DNA of 58,269 bases from Chiloscyllium plagiosum (Eukaryota), in the NCBI RefSeq assembly GCF_004010195.1, contig NC_057718.1:69083650-69141918 (forward strand), in the 5' to 3' direction. Position numbers and translations under genes: made by a program. Of this stretch, positions 23,301 to 35,059 are shown piece after piece; the first letter of the stretch is position 1, and every line of letters begins with the position of its first letter. The notes under the pieces are model-generated. The model was not told the DNA's origin. It made no database searches and was given only the letters and a program-made list of their open reading frames with translations.

Positions 23301-23830
23301 GGAGTCACATGTAGACCAGACCAATGGAGAATGGCAGATTTCCTTCCCTGAAAGGTATTAGTGAGCCAGATCAGCTTTTCGGACAATGAGAATGGTATCA
23401 TGGTCATCAGTAGATTCTTAATTCCAGATTTATTTTATTAAATTCAAATTCCACGAACTGCTGTGGCAGGATTTGAACCTGGGTCCCCATGCAGAACATT
23501 AGCTGAGTTTCTGGATTATTCGGAAAATGTGTTGCTGGAAAAGCGCAGCAGGTCAGGTAGCATCCAAGGAACAGGAGAATCGACATTTTGGGCATAAGCC
23601 CTTCTTCAGGAATGAGGAAAGTGTGTCCAGCAGGCTAAGATAGAGGGAGGAAGAGAGCTTCTTCAAGGAAGGCATCCTTGCAAGAGGATTCGCAGTAGGT
23701 TAAAATCTTCGAGGAGAAAGTGAGGACTGCCGATGCTGGAGATCAGAGCTGAAAATGTGTTGCTGGAAAAGCGCAGCAGGTCAGGCAGCATCCTTTCTGG
23801 ATTAATCGCCTAGTGATAACATCACCTCCC
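20350..23830 (-). mobile_element. Near-full-length degenerate CR1-superfamily LINE (family A) with tRNA-like 5' head
   Basis: Endonuclease start (LGELSH..QQPDIIVLME), NILDLIL..DHCTVLV, PWFNGEC and the RT region (VCPVHNKQEKSSPATYQLISLLSIISKV..AQFGFSQGHSA). The 3' UTR matches 2755-2900. B box GGTTCAAATCC lies at 23469-23479 on the minus strand. Confidence 0.85.
23519..23793 (-). mobile_element. PLE-derived short element with direct terminal repeats, inserted in the LINE head
   Basis: GAAAATGTGTTGCTGGAAAAGCGCAGCAGGTCAGG at ~23523 and ~23751. 11-bp TSD TTTCTGGATTA at 23508-23518 and 23794-23804. Confidence 0.8.
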
Positions 23831-23856
23831 CAGTACAACTCCATCTTGTGGTCAGA

Positions 23857-24069
23857 AGAAGGTTTCTTCTTCATGTTTAACCTAAGCTATGAGACTTCAT
23901 GGGGTCTGGAATAAATGTTGATGACTCCCATGGCGACTCCCTCCTGACTCTATATCACTATGCTGCCACCTCTGCTGGATCTATCCTGCCAGTGAACAGG
24001 ACATATTCAGGATGGTGATGGTGGGGTTTAGGACATTATCTGTAAAGTCTAATTCCGTGAGTACATTAT
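23857..24069 (-). mobile_element. Second copy of a family A LINE endonuclease segment
   Basis: Collinear with 22841-23049. Confidence 0.75.
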
Positions 24070-24744
24070 AATTTACAGTCAGATTTGATTTAAGCTAATA
24101 GAGGATCTCAGCACTTTTTTATTATGTGATTGTACAAATATCATAGAGTGGAAGAAAAAAACCAAGTTGAACAGACAACATGTTAATTCTGAAATTGGAC
24201 TTGGAACATTTGGTTAAATAAAGGAAGTTCATAATTTCTTTTATGAAATGTTTATTAAAGATGACACCTGATTCTTCTCAAAAAATTTATATGGAGTAAT
24301 TTTTGGATGCCTCTTTAAAGAATTCTGCCATGAATTATACATTATAACTAGAAACTGCAATTACAGAGAATTTAAAAATTGTGCTTTCCAGAAAATATGT
24401 TTTTCTGTCAAGATTTCCATTAATTTCCAACCGGATGAACTACAGCTGACTTTACACTGAACAGTTCCATTTCTCTGTTTTGTATCTGGCACAACAAGAT
24501 TTTCCTACAATCTCCAGCACTTTGAACTCCTCCCTGAGTTGTTCTTCATCACCAGTCACTGGGAGATAATGTATCTCGTCCTCTTTGAGGTACTAACAAG
24601 ATTCTGTTCTCTCTTGGGAGAAATAACAAGTCAGTACGTTTTTTTCTGCGTATCTTCATACTTAGCCTCTTTCTTTAAATTAAATCCTGGCAGAGTCTTC
24701 CTTCAAATTGCACCCCTCTAATTATTTCAAACAATTGCACATGT

Positions 24745-26420
24745 ATCTAGGAGAAGCCTGAGGAGTATAGAGCTGTGAGTTGTTGGATGTGATTCCGAAA
24801 GTTAGGATTTACATGTCTTTGGAGAGATAAGGAATGATTAGGGATAGTCAGTATGATTTTGTGCAAGGGAAATCATGTCTCTCAAACTTGACTGAGTTTT
24901 TTGAAGAAATAACCAAAAAGATTGAGGTCAGAGTGATAGTTGTTGTTTACTTGGACTTTAGCAAAATCTTTTATAAGCTTCTGCATGGTAGGCTAATTAG
25001 TAAAGTTAGATCACATGGAATAGAGGGTGAGCTTACCAATTGGACACAACACTGACTTTATGATCGGAGACAGAGGGTGTTGGTGGAGAGTTGTTTTTGG
25101 ACTGGAGGCCTGTGACCAACAGTGTTCCACAGGGATCGGTACTGGGTCCACTTTTGTTTGTCATTTATATAAAGGGTTTGGATGAGAATAAAGGAGGCAT
25201 GGTTAGTAAGTTTGCAGATGACACCAAAATTGGTGGTATAGTGGGGAGAGAAGAAAGTTAGTTAAGATTACAAAGAGATCTTGATCAATTGGGTCAATGG
25301 GCAGGAGTGGCACAGTGGTTTGGGGGTGGCACAGTGGCTAGCACTGCTGCCTCACAGTGCCAGAGACCCAGGCTCAATTCCAGCCCTGGGTGGCTCTCTG
25401 TATGGAGTTTGCACGTTCTGCCTGTGTCTGCATGGGTTTCCTCCAGGTGCTCTGGTTTCCTTCCAAAGATGTGTGGGTTAGGTGATTAGCCATGCTAATA
25501 ATATAGTGGAGAAAGTGAGGACTGCAGATGCTGGGGATCAGAGCTTAAAAATGTGTTGCTGGAAAATAATATAGTGTTCAGGGATGTGTAGGTTAGGTAT
25601 AATAGACGGGGTACACATAGGATAATAGGGTAGGGAAATGGATCTGGATGGGTTATTCTTCTTAGGGTCGGTATGGACTTGTTGGGCCGAAGGGATTCTA
25701 TGACTCTATGAAATGGCAGATCTTGTAGAATAGGGAGACTTAAGGGCTGAAGTTCATAATTCTTAGAAATTTACATCACAGGTAGACAGGGTGGTTAATA
25801 AGGTGTTTAGCATGCTTGCCTTTATTGCTCACACCTTTGAATATAGGAGTTGGGACGTCATGTTGAAGTCGAAAAGGATGTTGGTGAGGCCTCTTCTGGA
25901 GTACTGTGTGTCGTTCTGCTCACCCTATTATAGGAAGGATATTGTTAAACTGGACATGGTTCAGAAAAGACTTACCAGGATGATGCTGGGAATGGAGAGT
26001 TTGAGTTATAATGAGAGGCTGGATAGGCTGGAGCATAGGAGGTTGAGGGTGACCTTATAGAGGTTTATAAAATCATAGGGGCACAGATAATAGCAAAGCT
26101 CTTTTCCCTCCAGTGGGTGAGTTCAATACTAGAGGGCATATTTTTAAGGTGAGAGGAGAAAGTTTTAAAAAGGACGTGAAGGGCAACCTTTTTACACAGA
26201 GAATGGCTAGTGAGTGGAATAAGCTGCCAGAGGAAGTGGTGTATGCAGGTACAGTTACAACATTTAAAAGACAGTTATATAAGTACATGTATAAGAAAGG
26301 TTTGGAGGAGTTCAGGCCAAATGCAAGCAGGTGAGACTAGTTTAGTTTGGAAACATGATCAGCGTGAACTAGTTGGACAGAAGGATCTGTTTCCATGTTT
26401 GCATGACTCTATGACTATAT
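24745..26420 (+). mobile_element. CR1/HER1-like LINE, 5'-truncated, RT to 3' tail
   Basis: IRDSQYDFVQGKSCLSNLTEFFEE..YLDFSK, then [25 protein letters not shown] and TRGHIFKVRGE; tail ATGACTCTATGACT. Confidence 0.9.
25321..25712 (+). mobile_element. HE1-like SINE nested in CR1, itself carrying a 56-bp PLE-derived insert
   Basis: GTGGCACAGTGGCTAGCACTGCTGCC head. The insert 25509-25564 is flanked by AATAATATAGTG (25497-25508 and 25565-25576). Confidence 0.85.
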
Positions 26421-27539
26421 GTCTTTACGAATCTGTAATTAACTTGATGCCTTTATAAGCGTGTACACTGAAACCTATTGCCTGTAGTGACGCACTAAAT
26501 CCTGTATCTCTCTCTGTCTTTTCTCAAGTTCTATCTTAGCATTAGTATCCTGTGGAAGAGAATTTGGAAGAGGGCAAGTTTATCAACAGAAGTGTCATCC
26601 ACTCCACCCCTTCTTAGCACAGAGATTGCCTAATCCAGTCACAATGCCAGAGAAGTCTGCATTTGTTAAAACATGAAATATCTGTCCCCTGGATTAGTGA
26701 CTAGTGGACCTGACAGCCCTGAAGTCAGTTCACTGATGGGCAAGCTCAGTTCCAAGCTCTGCAAGAGTGGAGAGAAATGCTGATTACTGGAAAGCCTTCC
26801 ATAGTGGTCATATCAAGTCTATATATTTGAAGGAATCTGATCTGTCAAAGGATACTAGTCTGTAATTTACCATGGAACATGAAGTGACTTCTAGGGAAGT
26901 AGTGGCCAGGCTGTATCCAAGGAACATGCACCACCAGCTCTTGTAGCTCTTGAAGTCTTCTTCTCTGGGGAGAGGGTGGTGAATCAAATGGAAAGCTTAA
27001 AAGATTCACCCATAGGTATGCTTTCTCTCATGGGTTCATTGTGGTGATGTGCTGTAACTCCATCAAAATGATGATGACACAATGGGAATAGTTTGTGTTC
27101 CCCTTTTCCACATTCACATAATAATGAAAATACTGAGATCTCTCTACTTAGTTAAGTTAAAGACGAGTGACAATTATTTTCTGATAAAGTTATATGGGGG
27201 AGGTTATCCTTCCACCAATGCCATTCATTGTGTTAGAAAAGCAGCTGGGCCAGAATACCTAACAGTCAAAATGCTGCTGTCTTCTACCACACCTCTTAGG
27301 TTCAAGTTCCAAGGGGTCATCATTTACAAACACCATGAAGAATAAAACACAACAAACCCCAGCTATTCACCAGCTTTCCTGAAGATATGGGAGAGAACCT
27401 CTTAGAAATGGTAGGATTAAGAAAAGGGTATTGTTAGTTGATTTGAATAATATCAAGCATAGTTTTGAAGTTATGATTTCATCATTTCACTGTGATGAGG
27501 ATACAGGCTGCACGAAGTTATAATTAAAAAGTCATAAAG

Positions 27540-29235
27540 GTGATGATTAAAGTTTTGCATGCAGAAATTGAAAGCAATTAGGAAAGCAAATGTTGTGTTG
27601 TTCTTTATGGAAAAGGGATTGGAATACAAAAATAAGGAAGTCTTACTACATTTGCACAGGCTTTGATTAAACCTCTGGCAGGATTTTTACCTGTCTATAG
27701 GTTGTGGGGCTGGTAGTGGGGAGGACAAATAATAGGGAGAATTGGCACAGCCAAGATACTCTCAACAATTAAGCTCTGTGCAAGACGTTCCATGGTGGAA
27801 GTCCAACATTCTACGAGTTAAGGCCCTTAAGTGGTCAATTAGTGGCCATTTAACAGCCTCATCCTATCTCATTAACTGGCTGCTCTACAGGCAAGACAAT
27901 AAGTTGCTTTCCCAAAAAGGAAATCAGGGTGACCAGTCTGCTGGTTTGGTGAATCTCCATTTTCCAATTTCTGGGAGCATCTGGGGCAATGGATGGCTGA
28001 TATGGTGGTGACCGCTAAAAGCCATCACACTTGCCTTGCCTTTCCTCTAACCCTCTGACCTCCTTCTCCAGTGATCCTGTAAAAATATTACCTCACCTAC
28101 TCGCCGTTTCAACTTTTCAAAGCTTTGCAGCCTGGACCTCCAATGATGTTCTCCAAGCCCTGAAGCTGCTGGGATCTGATTGGTCTGCAGCTTCCAATGG
28201 ATTGGGACTTCATTATTGGGACACATGATATACTGAGAAGCCTACCATTCAGTTTTCGAAAGGTTGGTTGGAGCTTGAGTCTGCAGGCTTTCTTGCTGGT
28301 GGCATGAGGAACTTAGTTGCCCCTGTATATACCTGCCACCACACAGTGCAGAGATCACTAAACGTAGCCTGGAGCAGTTTTAAACTCCATAGTTAAAGGA
28401 TGATATATTTGCATTGGATGTGCTACAGAGAAGGTTTTCTAAATTGGTTTCTGTGAAGAGAATTGTCTTATTTTTATTAGATTCACTCATGGAACATAGG
28501 TATTGCTGGTTAGGCCATCATTTATTACCACTCCCTACTTGCTCAGAGGGCAGGTAAGAGTCAATCACATTGCTGTGGAGTCATTTGTAGGCCAGACTAG
28601 GTAAGGATGGCAGTTTCCTTCCCTAAAGGACATTAATGGACCAGATGGGTTTTTCCTGATAATCGACAATGGATTCATGGTTATCATTAGACTCTCAATA
28701 CCAGATATTTATTGAATTCAAATTCTGCCATGACAGGATTCGAACCCAGGCCCCCAGGATATTGTCTGGATCTCCGGATTAACAGTCTAATGATAAAATG
28801 GCCAGATCATTGCCTCCGCTTGTAAAGGAAAACTGAGCAAGTTGGGTCTGTACACTATAGACTTTAGAGGAATGAGAGGCAACTTCAGCAAAACATAAGA
28901 TTCTGAAGTGACTCGACAGGATATTTGTCAAGAGGTTGTTTCGCTAAGTGGAGAATACAGAACATGGGCTATAATCTTAGAATTAGGGGTTGCTTACTTG
29001 GGACTGAGATGACAGTATATTTCACTCAGACAATTTTTAGTCTTCGGAATCTCAGAGAATGTGGATGCTTCATCATTAAAAGACAAATAACAGATATTTG
29101 ATCTGAGTATCAAGGAATTTTGGTGAGTGGGCTGAAAGTGGAATTGGGGGAGGTGATCAATCATGCTCATGTTGAATGGTGGAGTAGGCATGAAAGGTTT
29201 TAAAGTCAGCTCCTATTTGTCATGTTATTATGTTG
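27540..29235 (+). mobile_element. Old CR1 3' fragment interrupted by a ~660-bp unclassified insert (27677-28337) and a family A SINE
   Basis: GCAATTAGGAAAGCAAATG..GGAATACAAAAATAAGGAAGTC, resuming near 28340 and 28822 (TTTAGAGGAATGAGAGG..GGGACTGAGATGA..tail). The insert has short inverted ends GGCAGG/CCTGCC. Confidence 0.55.
28470..28817 (-). mobile_element. tRNA-headed SINE / internally deleted derivative of the family A LINE
   Basis: Perfect B box GGTTCGAATCC at 28736-28746 (minus). 28540-28817 matches LINE 5' region 23260-23830, and 28480-28540 matches the LINE 3' tail at 20355-20415. Confidence 0.8.
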
Positions 29236-30849
29236 TAGCATACAGTGTATTTCCATAGAATAAATTGTTCCCAACCTTTAGAAGATCCACAATGTCCTCG
29301 ATGTTTTTGAAGCGTACAGACTTAGTGTGAGAAATACAGCACTTAATCTACCTAATAATACGGCCCCACCAGCAAAGCTATGATAATGAGCAGTGAGAAG
29401 TGGTACTTTATAAAGATTGATGTTGAAACTGAGTGTTTATCATTTGCTATAACGGGTTAAATCTAAACTTGAAGAACTGTGTCAAAATGCACAGAAAACT
29501 TAATAATAAGGAATATTGTTTGCGCGGTGGGGTCTGTGACTAGAATGAATGTGTGAATAGTCAATTAATTTCAGTATAGATAAATGTGAAGTGATGTATT
29601 TTGGTATGAGGAATAAAGAGGTCTCTACCCCTTGAAAAATAGGAGTGAACATTAACCCCTAAACCGGTAGATTTTGATCGAGTGGCATGTCAAATGTTAA
29701 AATGCTCAAATCTGAACTCAAACTCAGATTTAGTAGACATGGAGAAAGGCAACCAACATGCTCCTGAGGTTGGATGGCTCAGTTAAAATATTTTGATGTT
29801 GCATTTCTCACATTTGTTTTCCTAATCCTCTGGCAATCCCTAAAGAAAAACATAGGCTGCTGAATTCATCAGTCAAAGTTTTTTTTTCTCAGATTTCTTT
29901 GTGGGATATGTGCATTGCTGGCTGGGTCTACATTTATTGCCTGCCACTAGTTGCTCTTGAGAAGCTGGTGAGGAGCTGCACTCCATGAGCTGTAGATAGA
30001 CCACAGTAGGTATAGGACCACAAGTGGTTCCTCTAGTTATTCAAAAGCATCTGTAAAGCAATCAGTAACTAGCTAACTACTCCACTCCTTCTTCCATCAT
30101 GATCAGAACTTTACTAACCACCATCTTCCATTGACCCAACCAAATTCTGGGACCCCTTACCTAACCAGCAATTGAACTTGAATCTCCCCCAATTTCCAAT
30201 CTCACACAGACCTCTGACCTTTCCTAATCTCCAACTACTCCCTGAACATGGCCTTATGCCAGCAAATTACATTGATGAAGTTCACCATATAACCTTTCAA
30301 TTTGGTAGTCTGCAATTGGGCAACAGAAACAAAATTTTCATCAGATCCTACAATTAATTTCAGTCAGACCTGAGTGAGATCCATTCTTCTGGGATTCTGG
30401 ATTGCCAAACAACACTCCTGCTCCATCTCCAAAAATATCTGGGCCTAGGAGTTTAAATAATTTAACAGAACTGATTCACAAGCTATTAAAAATGTTGGCA
30501 AAGACGGAAAAAGAGCAAACAAAACACTCTTTATTTCTAGGAGAGTAGATGCAAAGTTTTACAGCACAGAGACAGCAGGCCAAACCAAATCAGCCTCCTT
30601 ATCCATAGATTTGTAACATGATATAATTAAAGCATTCAATTATGCCCCCAAATGTTCTTTACCACTCTTTACAAATAACAGATAACAGGCATCAAATGTA
30701 TACTTAAACAAAGAACATAAAGATTTTTCATTAAAAATGTAACTTTAGCAGAACATGGATAAACAACAAAACAATCTACTTAAGGTTAATGATCTAATCC
30801 AATCTCCTTTAAACAGCACCACCACTCACACACAGGCAGATAGGCAGAG

Positions 30850-31325
30850 TTAGTCATAGACGTCCACAGCAAAGAAAAAGACCCTTCGGTTTATTGAGTC
30901 TACACAAGTCAAAACAACCACTTAATTAATTTAATCCCATTTTCCAGCACTTGACCCATAGCCTTGTATGCCTTGGCATTGCAAATGTACATCTAAATAC
31001 TCCTTAAGAGTTGTGAGAGTTTCTATATCATGATCCCTCTCACTCTCCTCTGCTCTAATCAGAACAACCCCAATCTGTACAATCTCTCTTCATAATTGAA
31101 ACTCTCCAGCCCAGGCAACATCGTGGTAAATCTCCATTGCACCTTCTCCAGTGCTATCACACTGGATTCCACATCTGCACACAATACTTTAGCTGTGGTC
31201 TAACCAATTTTTTATACAGTTTCAGCAACACATCTTTTCTCTTAAATGCTATGTATGGCTAATAAAAGCAAATATCCCATATAATATCTTATCCTCTTTA
31301 GCTGACAGTATCTTATTTGCCCTGC
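30850..31325 (-). mobile_element. CR1 LINE 3' fragment
   Basis: CCCATTTTCCAGCACTTG..CTCTCCAGCCCAGGCAACATCGTGGTAAATCTCC..TGCACACAATACT, the reverse of a CR1 ORF2 end. Confidence 0.7.
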
Positions 31326-31449
31326 AGTTAACAGATAAATTTAAAGAAAAATAAAGAATTGTAAGTTGCCAGTTCAATGATTGCACAATGGGTACTAGGC
31401 CTTCAGAAACTCTTGAACTATATGTTATATTTTAGGCACATAGGATTGT

Positions 31450-32650
31450 AAGTGAGGCAGCATCCATGGAGAAAAAGCAAGCTAATGTTTTGAGTTTAGA
31501 AGACTGTTCATCAGAGCTGAATGAAGTGTGGAGGGGGCAACACTTATGCAATTGGATGCAGTGAACACAATACACAAGATTGGAAATGGTACTGGTGAAA
31601 TGCTGCTTCACCTGGAAAGACTGTTTAGGCCCTTGGATGGTGAGCAGGGAGGAGGTGAAGGAGCAGCTCCTACACCTTCTACTGTTGCATGTGGCACTGT
31701 GGTTGACAGGGCTCTTAATCGCATCTGACCTGTGCTTCTATTCTTGCCATTTTCCATATCCCACAACAGCGTGATCGGGTCCTCCTTGTTCTCACTTTTC
31801 ATCCCAGCAGCCTTCGCATTCAAAGGATCACTCTTGGCCATTTCAGACAACTTCAGCAGAACACCACAACCAAACACATCTTCCCCTCATTCCCCCTGCA
31901 TTTCCAGGGATTGTTCCTTCTGGGACACCCCAGTCCAACACTAACCACCAACACCACCCCTTCCCACGGCACCTGTACGTCCTCCAATCTTGTGTACTAT
32001 ATTTGTTGCACCCAATATAGCTTACTTCACATTGGAGAAATTAAATTCAGACTGGGCAATCGCTTTGCAGAACATCTCTTGTCCATGTGTAAGCATGACC
32101 CTGAATTTCCCATAGCCAGTCATTGTAACACAGTGTACTACTCCCATACCCACTTGTCCGTCCTCGGCATGCTGCAATGCTCCAGTGAATCACATCATAA
32201 ACTGGAAGAGCAACATCTCATCTTCAAACTAGGCAGTTTACAACCTCTGGGCTCAATATTGAATTCAACACCTTCAGCTTGTGAACCCATTCCTTCCCTT
32301 TTTTTAAGCTTTGCTTGTTACATTCTCTGTCACCCTCTCTCCCTTCCCACCAACCCAGAGGGACTGTCTGTTGTTTCCAGTCTGGCAGTTAGGCACACCA
32401 TTATTCTGCCATTCTCACATTCCAGTCGCTTAATCTGAACCATCAACATCCATTCTCCCCCAGCACTCCGCACCCCCACCCCACTATTGCATGAATGCTG
32501 CCCTTTCACACTTCACTTCAGCTCTGACGAAGAGTCATCTAGACTCAAAACGTTAGCTTGCTTTCTCTCCACGGATGCTGCTTGACCCTTTATGATCTCC
32601 AGCATTTCTTGTTTTCATTCAGGTTCCAGCATTTGTAACTTGCTCCTACA
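31450..32650 (+). mobile_element. Penelope-like element with GIY-YIG endonuclease remnant and an inverted terminal copy
   Basis: ORF 31911-32438 reads NLVYYICCTQYSLLHIGEIKFRLGNRFAEHL..KLEEQHLIFKLGSLQP. 31455-31540 is the reverse complement of ~32500-32582. Confidence 0.85.
32520..32558 (+). ncRNA. Minimal type I hammerhead ribozyme motif in the PLE terminal repeat (GAAA mutated to AAAA)
   Basis: AGCT-CTGACGA-A-GAGTC-ATCTA-GACTC-AAAA-CGTT-AGCT: stem I and stem II pair, and the core is intact except for one base. Confidence 0.7.
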
Positions 32651-33461
32651 TAGGACTGTAATTTGTTTGAATTCCAAAGTCAATGATGCATGCAAACAAA
32701 TTTTACAGACTGCTGGAGACTTTCGCCTAATGTCCTACAGAGAAAGTTAAAAATCACACAATACCAGGTTATAGATCTATTTGGAATCACTAGCTGTCAA
32801 AGCACTGCTTCTTCATCATCTCTTTCTTTGTCAACATTCTCTGTGCTTGGCTGGCTAACACCATTCAGCCCTTGATTGACCCAATCAACAACCAACTAAC
32901 TGCCAATTCTTGAGCAACACATCTTGATACTGAAAAGTCTGTAGTGTTCTGGGAGAAACAATCAACCAGAAATTCTCTCTCCAGGTCAGTTCCCATAATC
33001 AAACATCAGTTTGTTTGTTCTGTCTTCCCTTCCAGAACAAGCTCCTGCTCAAAGGTTAAAGTTCAACTTCAATTCACAGTTCCAAACCAAAAATGAGCAA
33101 ATAAGATCATGAATGTCTCCACTAAAATGGTTAAACTTGAATGAATTATTGGTTAGAGTATAATAAGAATCACAATTCCAAACCTCATATTGCAAAAGAT
33201 ATAAATTATTACTTACCAAAAAGATTTACAAGAATGAATTTACACCAACAGCTCTGACAGTGCAGCACTCTCTTTATATTATGTTGGTTTTAGCCTAGAT
33301 TATGCACTCAATTTTCTGCAGCAAATTTGAATACAAATCCACTTGAGATGTAGGAATGTTACCACTGATCCAATACAAGTATCAATCAAAGTTATTAATT
33401 TGGATTACTAGCAGAATTCTAGTATGATGTGCGTTAGTTAATGGAGTATCAAAGAATTGTT

Positions 33462-33664
33462 TTGGAGGAAGTGAGGATTGCAGATGCTGGAGATCAGAGT
33501 TGAGAGTCTGTTGCTGGGAAAGCACAGCATCGAACGAGCAGGAGAATCGACATTTCGGGCATAAGCCCTTCATTCCTGATGAAGATTTATGCCCGAAATG
33601 TTGATTCTCCTGCTCCTCTGATGCTGTCTGACCTGCCAGGCTTTCCCAGCAACACACTTTTGAC
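33462..33664. mobile_element. Fold-back PLE-derived mini-element with 15-bp TSD
   Basis: TSD TATCAAAGAATTGTT at 33447-33461 and 33665-33679. Internal inverted repeat; CTGATGA..GCCC-GAAA at 33576-33598. Confidence 0.85.
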
Positions 33665-33799
33665 TATCAAAGAATTGTTACAAGAATTATTAATGCAAAG
33701 TAATTCGTGAGCAGTGGAGCAAAATGAGCAGCTTAGCCAACCTTCTGTGCAGGTCATCCCTGGCTGCAAGATGTAGTAGTTATTCCATCTGTTCTGTTC

Positions 33800-34600
33800 C
33801 CTCCTTTCCTTTTCCCCATCTGAAATGGGAAAGTCTTTCTTTTGTTCCTCCATGGCCAATCCACTTTTGGATTGTGATGATGTGCAATACATAGCCTAGC
33901 TCATGAAACTTTCTGTGTTGTACTGATGCAAACCACCAAGTCATTGCTTCAAGAGATTAAGTGTGTTAATCCCATGAGTCTGTTTCTCCCTCTTTTGTGA
34001 CTGTACTGCAGCTGCAAAATGGTGCTGTATTGAGTTGATTGTGACCATACCAAATATACCCTGATCTTTGCTTAGCCATTGAAGTAATAAGAAAATGGTT
34101 GACTGGCACAGCATGAAGTGATCGGAGCAGCTGCATGGAAACTTGGCACAAATCTACAATACTCTATGGCATACACACTGACCAGCTGCATATTTATGGA
34201 ATGAAATCCTTTCTTATTATGACGGTCTTGGCTAGTGATATTTTGCCCTGATGGCTACATCTGTCCAGCCTCCTACACACAAGGCAAACAATCACTCCAA
34301 CAAATTAAAGAACCCTTGTTTTGATTGGTGTCATCAACTGACAATTGTAGCTAATAATTCTGGTCTGGAAAGCAGGATTTTATGAATGTATTTGTAAAAT
34401 ATGGGTGCCAAGATACAAGGAATGCCCCCAGTAACATGCTAGCAACAAGATTTTAAAACTTCCACTATCAGTATGAAAGCATGGCTGCCAGGTCCAGCAG
34501 GATTTCATACAGATCTGTGATTGGCCAGCACTTTATATCACAGTGTAAAACTGGTGCAGGAGGTGTGCTATGTGATTACATGGTATCCATTACTAATGGT
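33800..34600 (-). pseudogene. Decayed PIF/Harbinger DDE transposase (HARBI1-like)
   Basis: Frameshifted minus-strand peptides in the expected order: GWTDVAIRA (~34265), NKKGFHSINMQLV (~34215), ICAKFPCSCSDHFMLCQS (~34150), then LLKQ and YVLHII. These match the DCTHVAI / RKGFHSxNVQLV / ARFPGSxHDSFIL / LHN motifs. The 5' boundary is uncertain. Confidence 0.65.
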
Positions 34601-35059
34601 CTAGGCTGCCGTCAAATTTTGTCATCTCTTCACTTACATATTTACGGTATGCATCCTTCACAAATCGTGCTTTTAAGAAGCCACACGTCCAAGCTGGGGT
34701 GAAAAACTGATAGAATCTGATCAGAGTTCAAGCTGACCAGCACTACTTAAAGCTGAACTACATCACTTAATAGGAAGGTTTGTTTTGACTGGAGCAAATG
34801 TGGGAAATTAATTTGACTTGGAAGGAATTTGGGCAGAAAGTGAGATGTAAGGTCCGTTTGATGTAAGGCAGCCTTTGGTACAGAAACTGGACAGGATGTG
34901 AGGTCTGCTATCCATATAAAGTCTTATGGATCACTCTGTGCAGGTGGTAGAAACAAGTAGCCAGTCTCATTCAGAGAACCTGAATGTAGTGCTACTAGAT
35001 GTCCAATGATTCTACTTGAGTAGTTCAAGACAAACAATGCATCCTCAAATAGTCAAAAG

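Noticed and set aside
30480..33200. Possible LTR-like sequence split by the CR1 and PLE insertions
   Set aside because: Composition is suggestive, but no termini, TSD or internal domain could be supported.
33587..33892. 101-aa ORF as a host gene
   Set aside because: It spans the end of the Harbinger relic and runs into a PLE insert, so it is chimeric.
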